Assembly: GCA_963709925.1 (NCBI GenBank)
Contig: CAVPYC010000003.1
Span: 126,201-190,200, forward strand
Reading direction: 5' to 3'
Origin: an uncultured Chloroflexia bacterium
GTDB lineage: Bacteria > Chloroflexota > Anaerolineae > Anaerolineales > E44-bin32
Length of the DNA stretch: 64,000 bases
The notes under the pieces are model-generated. The model was not told where the DNA came from. It worked only from the letters and a program-made list of their open reading frames with translations, and ran no database searches. The translations under genes and the position numbers were made by a program. Shown in pieces: positions 32,678-44,027 of this stretch (position 1 is the stretch's first letter; every line of letters starts with the position of its first letter).

Positions 32678-35083
32678 TTGGCTGCCCCCTCCCACAAACT
32701 CTCGACCTCCCTGGAGGGCGCCCTGGCCGGTGGCGGCGACCCGGCCACCTCCCCCCTGTACGTCTTCGGCCCGTTCCTGCGCCTGATCGTCGTCGCCGGG
32801 GTGGCCTCGGTCACCTTCGGGACCACGGTGTGGATGGTGGTCTTCACCATCGCCGTGGTCTCCCTGATGTACCGGCTGGTGATGCGCTGGATCACCGACG
32901 GCAGCGGCGGCAGCGGCCTGAGCGAAGAAGAGTTCGGACCGTGGGCCGGCAAGATCAACGCCGCCATCACCTTCATTGAATACACTCTGACCTTCCTGGT
33001 CAGCATGGCGGCGATGGTCACCTTCATCGCCGACCGCTTCCCGGCCCTCAACCTCGATCTTCTCGGAATTCAATACCGGACCTTCCTGGCGATCGCCCTG
33101 AGCATCGGTATCGGCTGGCTGGTCAACCGCGGACCCAAGGTGGCTGCCCGCGCCTTCGGTCCGGCCACGGCCGGCGTGCTGCTCCTGCTGTGGACGATGG
33201 TGGTCGCGGCGCTGCTGCGGTTCGGCCTGCGCCTGCCCCCGATCAACCTCCAGGCCTTCCAGGGCCCGTACTTGAAATACACCTTCGCCGGCTACGCTCG
33301 GATCCTGGCGGTGATGACCGGGATCGAGGTCTTTGCCAATCTGGTGGCGGCCTATGAAGGCCCGCCGGAGAAGCGGAGCCGACAGGCGTTCGGCAGCCTG
33401 CTGATCATCATGACCACGGCCGCCGCCACGATGCTAATCGTCGGCCCGGCGATCCTGGCCCTGTCGGATCCTCTAAAGGAAGGCGTCTCGGTCTTCACCC
33501 AGGCGATGGACGCGCTGCTGCCCCCGACCCTGGCCTACGCCGGCACCCTGGTCGGAGCTCTGGTCCTGATGTCGGCTTCGGCTGCCAGCGCCCAGGGTCT
33601 GCAGAACCTGGCCCTCGGTCTGTGGGACCGCAACTACATCCCGGCCGGTTTGGGACAACGCAATCGCTTCGACGTGGCCCACCGGCCCGTATGGATCCAG
33701 GTCGGGATCGTCACTGCGGCGTTCCTGATTCTCGGGACCCACGAGGAAACCTACCTGGCGCTGTATGCCGCCGGGGTCTTCATTCTGCTCAGCCTGACAG
33801 GCTGGGCCGCCTCCAAACGCCTATTGCGGACGGCGGCGAACTCGCTGCGCGATTCGGCCACACTGCTCGGCACGCTCACTGCGGCGGCGCTGACCACGGC
33901 CGCCACGGTGTTGATCTTCGAGGAGCGCTTCTTCGAAGGGGCCTGGGCCTACCTGGTATTCATCCCGGCCCTGTATCTGCTGTTCACCTACTTCCGCAAC
34001 ACCCTCGGTCCGCCCAGCCCGGTTCTGGACCAGGTCGGCGAAATCGAAGGCGCCCTGCTCGGAGGTTTCGGCTACGGGCAGGCCCTCAAGGCGGCGCAAA
34101 CACCGCTGTCCGTGGCGGTCGCGCCGGCGGATGAGCGGGCGCCGATGCCGTTTGCGCCGCGGCGCGAGTTCCCCTGGCAGGGTCATCGGGCGACCTTCGA
34201 GCATCTGCTGGTGCCCCTGGATGGATCGGTCCATGCAGAGATGGCCTTGCCGATGGCCGAGGCCATCGCCGGCAGGCTGTCCGCCAAGATCACCCTGATC
34301 ACACGTTACCGGGAACAGGCCGACTACGTGCGGCAGTGGGCCGAGGCCCTCAGCGACAAGGAAATCGACGCCGGCTACGTGGTCGGAGAAGGGTCGGTGG
34401 TCGAGGTCGCAAGAGAAATGGTGGAGCATGGCGATGCCGACCTGGTGGTCGCCAGCACCCGCGGCGGATCCGGCTCGAGCCACTGGCTGAGCGGCGGGGT
34501 GGCCAGCCGGATCGCCCAGGAGATCTCGAAACCGGTGCTGCTGGTCCAGGCGGAAAACGGGAAGACCCCGCAGGTAGCACTCGAACGGCTGCTGGTGACC
34601 CTGGACGGTTCCGAGCAGGCCGAGCGGTTGATGGACTACGCCCTCGGGCTGGGTCATGCGTTCCAGGCCGAGCTCCTGTTGCTCACCGTGCCGGAAGCCC
34701 CCGACCCGGGAGCATTCGGTGTGGGGCTGGCGTCGCTCGAGGAGGCTCGGAAACAGTCCGAGCAACGGGCCTGGGCCTATCTGGCCGGGGTGCGAGAGGC
34801 GGCCGGCGACGAGGTCCCCTCGGTTCGGACCCTGGTGACGGGCTCTCGGCCGGGGACGACGATCGTCCAGGTCGGTCGGAGCACGGCGGCCGACATGATC
34901 CTGATGACCAGCCGGGTGCGGCGCGGCCTGGGCGGCTTGTGGATGGGGAACGTGGCGCTGCGCGTGGTGGAGGGGACCGATTTGCCGGTGTTCTTCCTCC
35001 CGATCCACAACGGTTTGGCAGAGGTGGGTGAACGACGTCGCTCAGGCCAACCGCCCGCAGCGGCATCTCGTCGATCCCCCTGA
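32678..35083 (+). CDS. APC-family amino acid permease fused to two C-terminal universal stress protein (UspA) domains
   Basis: 801 aa. About 470 aa with 12 TM helices, then two Usp-like modules (LVPLDGSVHAEMAL...VVASTRGGSGSSHWLSGGVASRIAQ and LVTLDGSEQAERLM...ILMTSRVRRGLGGLWMGNVALRVV). Confidence 0.8.
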   Translation: MAAPSHKLSTSLEGALAGGGDPATSPLYVFGPFLRLIVVAGVASVTFGTTVWMVVFTIAVVSLMYRLVMRWITDGSGGSGLSEEEFGPWAGKINAAITFIEYTLTFLVSMAAMVTFIADRFPALNLDLLGIQYRTFLAIALSIGIGWLVNRGPKVAARAFGPATAGVLLLLWTMVVAALLRFGLRLPPINLQAFQGPYLKYTFAGYARILAVMTGIEVFANLVAAYEGPPEKRSRQAFGSLLIIMTTAAATMLIVGPAILALSDPLKEGVSVFTQAMDALLPPTLAYAGTLVGALVLMSASAASAQGLQNLALGLWDRNYIPAGLGQRNRFDVAHRPVWIQVGIVTAAFLILGTHEETYLALYAAGVFILLSLTGWAASKRLLRTAANSLRDSATLLGTLTAAALTTAATVLIFEERFFEGAWAYLVFIPALYLLFTYFRNTLGPPSPVLDQVGEIEGALLGGFGYGQALKAAQTPLSVAVAPADERAPMPFAPRREFPWQGHRATFEHLLVPLDGSVHAEMALPMAEAIAGRLSAKITLITRYREQADYVRQWAEALSDKEIDAGYVVGEGSVVEVAREMVEHGDADLVVASTRGGSGSSHWLSGGVASRIAQEISKPVLLVQAENGKTPQVALERLLVTLDGSEQAERLMDYALGLGHAFQAELLLLTVPEAPDPGAFGVGLASLEEARKQSEQRAWAYLAGVREAAGDEVPSVRTLVTGSRPGTTIVQVGRSTAADMILMTSRVRRGLGGLWMGNVALRVVEGTDLPVFFLPIHNGLAEVGERRRSGQPPAAASRRSP

Positions 35084-35180
35084 GCTCTACTTTTCTCTAG
35101 GCGAACAAGTTTCAGGCCCTGCCGGGGACTTGACGCCAGGCCCGGCTCCCCAGGGTCCGTTGGGCGGCGAGCTCCCCCCG

Positions 35181-35846
35181 TTAGCCGATCCTCTCCAGCA
35201 GCCTCCCCAACTCTTTCGAACTTCGCACCATGTGGTCCGGATTCAACGCCGCCAACCGGAACTCGCTCTGATGCCCCCAACCCACAGCGATCGATTTCGC
35301 GCCCACCTCGCGGCAAGCCCGGATATCGCTGACCGCGTCGCCGATCAGGCAGGCCTCCTCCGGCGTGCGGCCGAGTTGGCGCAGTGCCGCCAGGATCTTC
35401 TCAGCGCGTAGAACCAGGGTGCTCAACCGGAATCAACACGTCGATGCTGGACTGCAGGCGGTGAGCTTCGAGGAATCGCAAGACGGCGCGGGCACTGCTG
35501 CCGGTGACGATCCCGACCTGGCCGCGCCTCGCCGCCTGGCGAACGACATCCCCCATCCCCTCAAAGATAGCCGGGGCGTGCCGGCCTGGCTTCAAAGCGC
35601 GCCATCGTGCGTCGGGCGAATTCCTGCGCGCGAGCGGCTGGGACGCCGAGTTGCCGCCCGAGGTCGACAAACGACATCGTCTGGAGGGCGTCGAGGTCCG
35701 CTGCCGTCGGTGTGCGTGGCACCCCCATTTCGGCACATGTCTCGCCGGCGAAGCGCAGCATAGCCTCGAGGGTGTCGGCCAGGACCCCGTCGTAGTCGAA
35801 GAGGACGGCGGTGGGGGTGGGTCGAAGTGGAGTCACGGGCGGGCCG
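35181..35846 (-). CDS. HAD-superfamily hydrolase (phosphoglycolate phosphatase-like); two frame changes
   Basis: Motif I VLFDYDGVLADT (ORF 35561..35980, from GTG at about 35844). Middle segment (35401..35736). Motif IV GDAVSDIRACREVGAKSIAVGWG (35181..35426). Confidence 0.65.
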
Positions 35847-35858
35847 GGGGCCGGGCGC

Positions 35859-38358
35859 TCAGTACGACCGCGCCAGCCACTCCGCGTTCTCGACGATCCA
35901 GCCCTGCCCTTCCGGGGTAGCCCCGTCGAACGAGCACCACTCGCAGTCGACCTTCCACCAGGTGGTCCCGCCGCTCTCAACCGGGCCGTCGACGAAGGTC
36001 AGGTAGCTTTCCTTCGAGAATGACTCCCAGGATGGGAGCGGTTGTCGAGGGCGAGGCGCGCAGGTTGTAGCGGTCACCGGCCTCCGTGACGAGGTAGGTA
36101 TCCCCCACCCGGAAGAACAGCGCTTCGGTGTGGCTTCCGCCCTCGAATGAGAAGCCCCCGGTCCACGCAGGCCGCTCGGGCGCGGCCCCGGTGTCGAGAC
36201 GCTCGCGCCACTCGTCGTCGGTCAGGCGCTGGCTGCGTGGCTGGAGGAACTCGTAGTACGAGAACACCCCGCCCTGGGCCACCACCAGGCGTCCTTCGAG
36301 CGGGACGATCACGTAGATCCGGTCCACGTAGCCGGTGGCGGCCTCCAGCACCGAGTCTCCGGCGCCGGAAACCGCGGCCACGATCGGCACCTCGGGCATC
36401 TCGCCGATCGGCACGTTGTACGGCGTGACGGTGTAGGTGCACTCGTGGAAACCGAGGCAGCCGGTGATGGCGTAGCGCAGGTCTTCGAGGTCCTGCCCGG
36501 CCAGCTGTGCTGCGGCCGCATCGCCCAGCGCCTCGAGCTGATCGGCCAGCTGCTGCATCAACGACAAATACTGATAGGCCGACGGGTCGGTGAAGTCGTA
36601 GGGTTGGGCCGTCAGGATGGCGGGGTCGAGCCGCCACTCCATCCCTTCACCGATGGCCCGGGCGATATAGGCCATGCGGTAGAAGGCCAGCGGGTTCGGT
36701 TCGACGTAGCTGGGCGCCGGGTCCGAGGTGGGCGGCCCGCCACCGCCGAGTGCCTTCGGGCATCTTCGAGTACAGGACCGTGTCGTGTTTGAGCTCGGCC
36801 CAACTCCCCAGGACGGCGTTGACATCCTTCAGGGCCCAGGCCTGGCTGCGCATGAAGTCGGGGTAGGCCTCGTTCTTTTCCGCTAGGACGGGCAGGAAGG
36901 AGTACAGCCAGGCGCTGTAGGCCCGGCCCAGCCATTGCTCCTCGGGCTGGGCCTCGGCTGCGTCCTGAAGCGCCTGCAGGTTCTCCTCGTACTTCGGGAA
37001 GGCGGTGTCGCCGCGTTCGACCAGCTCCTCCTGCCGCGGCACGAGATCCGAAGGCGGCCGCCACGTCGAGCCCGGTCGGGAACTCTCGACGGGTGCCGTC
37101 GGGGAGCGGATCGACCTTGTCGAAGATCAGGTTCTGGAAGATGTCGGCGTCCATGGTGAAACGCTGGCCCAGGAAGCGCCAGCCCTTCTCGACCTCCAGC
37201 TGAGAACTGAAGTCTAGGAAAGTCGAGTGGATCTGGGGGGCCGGCAGGTCGCCGGTCGAGGATCGGAAGGTCTCCCACAGCGCCGTCGTCGGCCAGATCG
37301 GCGATGGTCGGGTCCGGGCCCGTAGACCGTGTCCATCAGCGCGGCGTACTCCAGCGGACCCAGGTCATCGGTCGGGCCGATCAGGAAGTCGAGCACCCGG
37401 TGGATCTGCCCCACGAGTTGGCCGCCGGCGATCTCGCCCACCCGGGCCTGGCGCAGGGCCAGGGTGAGGATCACGGGCAGGCGCGACGGGACGAAGGCCG
37501 GGTCGTCGGCCTTGCCGAGCGGGAAGTGGACCCGGCCGAGCCAGGTCATGCCGCGGAAGTAGGCTTCGAGTTCGGGATCTCCGGCGTAGTGGCCGACGGG
37601 CTTGTAGGCGCCGTAGTCGTCTTCGAAGTCGGGGAACAGCGCCGAGTCGTCTCGCCCGCCGGCGGCCATGATCTGCGCCAGTTGGGCCGACACCTGATCG
37701 GGCAGCGCCAGGGGCGGTGCGGCTTCCGGGTCGAACAGTTGGATGGCGACTTCGAGGTAGGCCTCGGCCAGCGCCACGTCCTGTTCGATCGAGGTACCGC
37801 TGGCTTCGGCGGCGGTACTGCGCACCTGGTCTTGGGTGGCGGTCAGCATGTCGAGCATCTGGAGGCGGAGCGCCTGCTGCTCGAGGGCCTTGAGCATGTC
37901 GTCGAACAGCAGGTGGAGGGCGTGGAAGGCCTCGTCGGTGGTGCGGAAGAACGGCTGGCCCTGGACGTAGGCGGTGTTGTAGCGGATGTCGTTGAACTGA
38001 GGCTCCTGGCTATGGACCACGACGAAGCCGTTCTGGCTGAGGAAGGCCCGTTGTTCCGCGGTCAGCCCGGCGATGACTTCCGGGTTGGCGACCGTCTCGA
38101 GATCGACCCCGAGGGGGACGGGCGCACCCGCGTAGGGGGCGGGTGACCAGGCGAGCGGCGCGGCGGCTTCGAAGAACGGCTCGGACAAGTTGACAACGAA
38201 GGCGTCCAGCGCCGGGCCGGAGGACGGGCGACGGGTCGGGCGCGGGGTGGCGGCCTGATCCGTCCCGGAAGGGACGGATGGTGCGACCGCCTGGCAGGCG
38301 ATCGAGGCTGCGAGAAGTGCGGTGGCGGCGGAGGCGAGGCGGGCGTGGGGGGGCATGG
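35859..38358 (-). CDS. DUF3160-family lipoprotein (about 830 aa); at least 4 frame changes
   Basis: GGAG RBS then ATG at about 38358 (MPPHARLASAATALLAASIACQA lipobox). DUF3160-like body in ORFs 37214..38545, 36647..37042 (WLYSFLPVLAEKNEAYPDFMRSQAWALKDVNAVLGSWAELKHDTVLY) and 35977..36825. C-terminus in 35859..36077. Confidence 0.6.
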
Positions 38359-38399
38359 GATGGCTCCGTGGACCTCGGACGAGTCTGAGGGTCTCTTCG

Positions 38400-39190
38400 A
38401 GGATAGTCCCAAAGGTGGAGAGGGGCAATCGGCTGATGCGCTGACGCCAGCACCGATCGAAGGGGTTGGTCCCCCAGACCCCCTCGCGGAGCATCCTGAG
38501 GCCCTTCGCTCTGCTCAGGACAGGCTTCGCCGAAGGACGAACCACTCCCCGGTTTGCGAAGCATCCCGCAGCCGAACGGAGGGAATGGGGCGGATGGTCT
38601 TGATCTCAGTTCGAAGAGCAGGGGCGCCGCGGCTTTGGTCTCGCCCAGCCGCGAGGTCGGCGCCTTGGATCCTCCTCTGTGGTTCCTTGGTGGTTGAGGT
38701 GGCCTTCGAACGCTATACGGCGGTATCGCGTCATCCGGGGAAGACTCCGCTCCCCGCCGTTTGCTAGGGAGGGGGGTGGGGGTAAGGGGGCGAGGGGGGA
38801 GGGGAAAGCACTTTCCCTCCCCCCTGCCCCCTGAATGGTAACCAGCCCGCGAACGCCGATCACAGTCTTTGGGAGGCCAGAGGAGGGAAACTCCCCTCCC
38901 TATCGCGGAGCACCCCGGAGCGGAGCGAAGGGGTTGGCCCCCAGACCCCTCGCGAAGCATCCTGAGGCGAAGCCGAAGGACGTTACCCCTCCCCTGTTCG
39001 CGAAGCACCCCGGAGTGTAGCGGAGGGAAGCGGAGGGAAAGCGGCGGGCGTCGGCCACTTGCGTTCGCCACGCGTGGACCGCCGCGCGAGCGCCGTGGCG
39101 AGGCCTCGCGGCAATGGCGAGGCTGGCGTCTCAACACGCCCATGGTGGGAACCCGCCGCTCGCGTGGCCCTGCTTGACCCAGGTTCGCAC
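38400..39190. repeat. Second cluster of the interspersed repeat family (5 copies of TCGCG[AG]AGCA[TC]CC motifs, GGAGGGAAAGCGGCGG, CGCCACGCGTGGACCGCCGCGCGAGCGCC) plus poly-G/C palindromes
   Basis: See 29880-30560. Units at about 38466, 38535, 38890, 38940 and 38985; palindrome GGGAAAGCACTTTCCC at about 38800. Lies in the divergent region between the DUF3160 gene and cassette A. Confidence 0.6.
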
Positions 39191-39193
39191 CGT

Positions 39194-39307
39194 TTTGATG
39201 TCTTGAACCCCTGCGAGTTGTGATGTACCTTAGGTGGTACTCGAGTACTCCCCGTTTTCCGGGCCTGAAAGCCCGGACGTCGCCTCACCAAGGGGGTCAC
39301 AGGGGGC
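39194..39307 (+). promoter_or_regulatory. Conserved about 115-nt leader of surface-protein copy A: TTGAAC box, 14-bp perfect palindrome AGTACTCGAGTACT (39239-39252), stem-loop CCGGGC-ctgaaa-GCCCGG
   Basis: Nearly identical to 46166-46291 upstream of copy B. The stem is conserved while the loop differs (ctgaaa versus ttgaga). Confidence 0.45.
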
Positions 39308-41899
39308 GTGCGGCTCAGGGTTCGAACCCTCAAGCGACTGGTTTCCGGAGGCCTGCTGGCCCTGGGCGCGCTGACCCTGGCCGGGTCGGCGCTGGCCGAC
39401 TACACCGGGCCCGACCGGGTGATCTCGACGTTCTCGTGGGAGCGGCTGGTCTGCGACTATGACGTGGTCTACGATCCGCCCGGTACAGGCTGGTATGGCT
39501 GCAGCCTGACTCTGTACCGACCTCCCGACGGATCGTGCCCGAGTCCCTGGGGGTACTTCACGTCGAGTGTGTGCGGCTGGTCGGTTTCCTCCTTCTGCCC
39601 CGGACCGTACTGCGACCTGAACGAGAGCGAGAGCATCGATTCGTGCAGCTCCGACCAACAGCGGCTGCCGGCAGGTGGAGAGCCAAACCACCCATCCGGA
39701 GGCGACGGTGGCCGGGAGCGTCGACTGCGGCGAACCGGGCTCCGGCGGATGGTGCCGGGGCGGGGCCAGCCTGTCGCTCTCGGGAACCGAGCCGCTTGCG
39801 GGCTACTCGATCATCGGCCTGGAAGGGACGCACAACAGTACGCCCTTCTACTGTTCCGGTTTGTCGTGCAGCCTGCCTCTGGTGGAGGGCGGCAACGACT
39901 TCGACTTCTGGGCGATCTCGTCGTGGGGCGACACGTCCAGGATGGATTCGGCCGGCGGGTCGCTCGATAGCAGCGACCCGTCGTTGGACGGTTCGATCTC
40001 GGGCACCGGTGGCGACAACGGCTGGTTCGTCTCCGAGGTGACCATCAGCGCCTCGGCCAGCGACGCAGTCTCCGGAATTGCCAGCCTGGACGTGAAGGTC
40101 GACGGAGGCGGGTGGGTGTCCTACGGTGGGCCGATCACCCTGGGCGAAGGGAGCCACAACGTTGACCTGCGAGCCGTCGACGTGGCCGGCAACACCGCCA
40201 CCGAGAGCTTGAGCATCGACGTCGACAGTGTGTCTCCGTTTGTAGATCTGGATGCGGTGCCGTCGTTCTGCCCGGGTTGCGGCGAGACCCTGGGCATCCT
40301 GGTCATCGTTCAAGACAGCGGCAGCGGGATCGCCGATTGGGACCTGACCGCCGACGGTGTGGGCGTCGCCGGCGGCGGGAGCACCACCAACCAGACGATC
40401 ACCTGGGACGGTAGCGGCCTCGGGGGCAGGCCTGCACGACATCGACCTGGAGGCCCGCGACGTGGCCGGGAACCAGTCGGGCGCCAGCTTCACCGTCAAC
40501 CTGGTGCTGCCGACCCCCACCCCGACCGAGGTGCCGACCAAGACTCCCGTGCCGACCGACACCCCGGAGCCGCCGTCGCTCTTCGACCTGTTCTCCGCGC
40601 GCGACTCCCTTCCGCTACGCCCCAGGGGCCCTCGGCGGCCACACCCACGCGTCTCCCCACGGCCACGCGCACGCCGCTGACCATCCTGTTCGGCGCTCCA
40701 CCTCCGGCTCCGGCGACCCCGCCGGGAGCGGACCACCCGCCGATCCGTTCGCCGGCGCCTCGCCTCAGGGTTCGATCCTGGCGCTGCCCTCCGGTGTGGT
40801 CTACGGAGGCGCGGCGTTGGCGCTGGGTGCTGCCGCGACGGCCTATGCCGCTCGACCAGGCCCGCAAGCGGAAGGAGGAGGAGGCAAGGCAGCGAGAGGA
40901 GATGCGGCGCCTGAATGCCCAGGCGGAGGCGCGGGAAGAGGCCGAACGTGCCCGCCTGGGGGCGCTGTACGCTGCGGCCGCGGCTGCAGGAGCAGAGGTG
41001 ATGCGGAGGGACGCGGAGCGGAGGGGGCTGGAAGATGGCGCCGGTGCCGCTTCACCGCCGAAGTTGTTTGCCCCCGCGCCAGGAGGCCGACGGGACGACG
41101 ACGAGCCTTCGAAGCCGGGGAGCCTGGAGTGGAAGGAGCGGATGCTGGAGCCGGCCTTGCCGCCGGAACCGCCGCCTTTCGACCTGGCCAGGTGGAAGCA
41201 GGAGGACTACGCGGCAGGGAAGGGGTGGGAGAGGGAGAGGGCCGCACGAATCCACCGTGAAGGGGAAGAGCAGGGTGAGCATCGCGACGGGTTCGCCTTT
41301 GACCTTAGTGGACTCAGGCAGGGCGTGAGTTTGGCGGACAAGATCGCCGACCCTCATTCTAGCTGGGAGGCAAGTCCGAACTTTCGAGGAATTTGGAATT
41401 CTCCGAGTTTTGGGCCGAGAGACGCGAGAGGCGCCGTCGGGATTTGGGAGTACGTGAATTGGGTTGGCATAGCGAGTTGGAGCCTCCTCGTCCAATCTCC
41501 TGTCACGTGTGCAGTCCGAGGCTGAAATCGAAAGGCACCCTTCTGGGTTTGACGACGAACCTTTTCCTGGATGGAAAGGCGTTCGATCGAGGGAGGTCAG
41601 ACCGACACGAATTCGCCGCAGCACTGACGGTGGACACAGGGATAACTGTTGGAACTACGCTTGCCGCTGGCTTCGTCGCAGGGATGGTTACGGGGGCCGT
41701 CTCGGGTGGCTTGGCAGCCAACGTCGCCCTCCCGCTCGTCGGAACCGTGCCCGGAGCCGTGATTGGAGGTATTGTTGGGGGTGTCGTAGGAGCAGCCGTG
41801 GCAATCGGGATCTCATACACGCTTGAGGAAGCGGGAACCCGGCAGCTTCTCGTCGAGAAAGTGGCGGACCTATTCAGATCATGGGAGTTCACGCATTGA
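39308..41899 (+). CDS. Large cell-surface protein, copy A (signal peptide, Cys-rich N-domain, Ig-like repeats, Pro/Thr linker, hydrophobic segment, E/R/K-rich coiled coil, variable C-terminal region ending in a glycine-zipper segment); at least 4 frame changes
   Basis: ORF 39308..39970 (MRLRVRTLKRLVSGGLLALGALTLAGSALA...), 39675..41525 (SIDVDSVSPFVDLDAVPSFCPGCGETLGILVIVQDSGSGIADWDLTADG...PTPTPTEVPTKTPVPTDTPEPP), 40796..41260 (SGVVYGGAALALGAAATAYAA) and 41393..41899 (GFVAGMVTGAVSGGLAANVALPLVGTVPGAVIGGIVGGVVGAAVAIG). Confidence 0.6.
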
Positions 41900-41977
41900 G
41901 AACCGAAGGGACGCCCGGAGCATGCCTCGAAAGAGGCATCCTCGAGCTACGCCTTCGATCGCCTGTGGGAAGCCATC

Positions 41978-42403
41978 TTGGACGAGATCCCACGTCGAAG
42001 AACCTCGTTCTTCCTAACTTCTCCCCTGGCGTGCTTCCTGTTCTGGGTAGTAGGGATCGGGATCGCGAAGAACCCTCCAAGCACACTGATCCCAAGCCTT
42101 GTACCCTCGATCGCAGTTCTCGCCGTAGGTGTCGCTTCATTTCTCGCGCTGAAGCGCTGGAAACGGCGGAGCAGGAAGACAGTCTCTAGTACTCGCCGCG
42201 TGGCACTCACCAACCTCGCCTACTACTCAACGATGCTCCTGGTTCTCTCCTTCTACAGCCTATGGATCGCGATTGGAGCCTCCCCAAGCTCGTCACCTGC
42301 CCCATCGCCGATGGGCATCTTGCTTGCTGGCGTATACGCCCTGTCGATAATGGCATCGTTGCTTTGGGCGCCGAGGTCCACCTCCTCGATCACCGGTAGA
42401 TGA
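41978..42403 (+). CDS. Membrane protein (141 aa, about 4 TM), lower GC; candidate immunity/accessory protein of cassette A
   Basis: TM segments FFLTSPLACFLFWVVGIGIA, LVPSIAVLAVGVASFLAL, LAYYSTMLLVLSFYSLWIAIGA, MGILLAGVYALSIMASLLWA. GC clearly lower than flanking sequence. Confidence 0.5.
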   Translation: MDEIPRRRTSFFLTSPLACFLFWVVGIGIAKNPPSTLIPSLVPSIAVLAVGVASFLALKRWKRRSRKTVSSTRRVALTNLAYYSTMLLVLSFYSLWIAIGASPSSSPAPSPMGILLAGVYALSIMASLLWAPRSTSSITGR

Positions 42404-42791
42404 TCAAGGCGCTGGCCACCGGCAAGGGGCCTGGGTACCATGGATTTTCGTCGCTCAAGGATGTGCTGTTGGGGCCGCCGTCTTCACTGGCGCTTGGCTT
42501 AGACAAGGGTGGGCGAGCTACGGAGCGATGCTTGTGATCGGCCTGTTCGGGTTGTCAGCAGTTCTTCTCGTGACGATCGGGGTTCTTGCCTCCTACCGCT
42601 GGCTCGCCCTCGCATCTAGGCCTAGTCCTACGGATGTGTTTGCCCAACATGGAATCAGAAGCTAGCTTCACCGCAGGTGGCCACGGCAGGCATCTGTGGA
42701 CGGCCTTGAGGACCCCGCTGACCCGATAGGAGAGGGTCATGCGCAGGGCTCAACTCTCGCTTCTCTCCGCAGCTCTGGGGCGCCCTGATCC

Positions 42792-43151
42792 ATGATCGGG
42801 GCAAGGAGCCTGTCGGGCGGGGACCCGGCCTCAGCTTCTACCTCCACCCTCGGCCTGGGTACCGGCCCAATCATGGGCGGCATCCTGGGCGGCATCTTCG
42901 CCGCGTGGCTGGCTCTCGGCGGGACCCGCCGAGTTGCCGGAACTGCGGGAGCACTCTTCGCAGTTCTGGTAGTGCTCGCCGCATGGAATGTGGCCCAACC
43001 GTCCATCTGGATCGTCGATGTTGTCTTGAATGAGATACTCGGCGAGGGCGGTGAGCTGTACTCTGGATTGGCAGTCTTCCTGGTTCCGGCTCATCCCACT
43101 TTTTCGGTTGATTTCAAGTTTCGCCGGGCGGAACTTTTTCGCCAGCCGTAG
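42792..43151 (+). CDS. Small Gly-rich membrane protein, paralog of 50626..51194
   Basis: LGLGTGPIMGGILGGIFAAWLALGGTRRVAGTAGALFAVLVVLAAW...VVLNEILGEGGELYSGLAVFLVP compares with LGLGSGVILGAVLGGILGGWLVIGGRRRVARTAGFLLGVAFIYGAW...VVMHEIFGEGGEQYSALVLFLIA. Confidence 0.5.
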   Translation: MIGARSLSGGDPASASTSTLGLGTGPIMGGILGGIFAAWLALGGTRRVAGTAGALFAVLVVLAAWNVAQPSIWIVDVVLNEILGEGGELYSGLAVFLVPAHPTFSVDFKFRRAELFRQP

Positions 43152-43448
43152 GCTCCCGCGGTCAGGGGCAGGACAGCGGCCATTCGGCGTGAGGGACAGG
43201 GGCTGTGTCTGAGTTCGGGCCGGGGAAGGGGTCAGTGGTGAAGAGAAGGCTTGGACCTCAGGCGGTTGGGGTTTCTTCGGGCCAACTGATCGCCTGTCCG
43301 ATGGTCAAGACAATGTTAGGAGTAGGGACGCCAAGAGTCGTGCGGAAGAGTGAACGGCCGGGAGGTTCAACCCCCGATCGCCGCATGGCCCCTATGGAGG
43401 TCCTTGGCATGGGTGTTGTGACCTAATGGAATCTCTGCGACTCTTCTG

Positions 43449-43820
43449 TTGCTTGCCACACTCATTTCGTCACGGTTTCCTTCGATCATCATGCTTGTGG
43501 TTGCGGGATTGGCACTCTTACTCGGGACACTGTTCACAGTGTGGGCATGGAAGGACCACACCCTCGTGCCGAGACTGGGCGGAACTGTGGTTGTCACCAT
43601 GTTTTTCTTGGCGATGGGCATATGGTTCTGGGGCGCTTTCTTACGGTGTGTGGCTCTGGGGTGTGGTAGCCCTCATTTTGATTCTCTCTATACCGTAGCT
43701 TGGACGTTGCCGGCGATCTCAAGCGCCGCCTCGTCGCTTCTGTGGAGAGAACAGGCCACTCCCCAGACCCGTGTTGGGCGCAGGATCTTCACATGGATCT
43801 GGGCTTCTCGGAGTTCTTAG
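43449..43820 (+). CDS. Hypothetical membrane protein (123 aa), lower GC
   Basis: Three predicted TM helices (MLVVAGLALLLGTLFTVWAW, VVVTMFFLAMGIWFWGAFL). No family recognised. Confidence 0.35.
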   Translation: MLATLISSRFPSIIMLVVAGLALLLGTLFTVWAWKDHTLVPRLGGTVVVTMFFLAMGIWFWGAFLRCVALGCGSPHFDSLYTVAWTLPAISSAASSLLWREQATPQTRVGRRIFTWIWASRSS

Positions 43821-44027
43821 GGCGTGGTGTTGTGGGGGCAAGCTTCGGCACCTCGTTATCGAGAACGGGGAACGTGGCTTTAGCAAGCCTGATTGTTGCT
43901 GTTGGCATGTCGGCAGTAGCCATATTTATGGCACAAGGCTTCTCTCACCAACTCTGGCCCAGGAGGGACCCGGACGAAGGGGTCCGCACTGACCTAGATT
44001 TATCTTCAGGACCTACGCCATGACCTG

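Noticed and set aside
39310-39335. GGTTCGAACCC (tRNA T-loop-like) near the start of copy A, considered as a tRNA or att remnant
   Set aside because: No matching acceptor stem. It lies inside the signal-peptide coding sequence (RVRTLK) and is absent from copy B.
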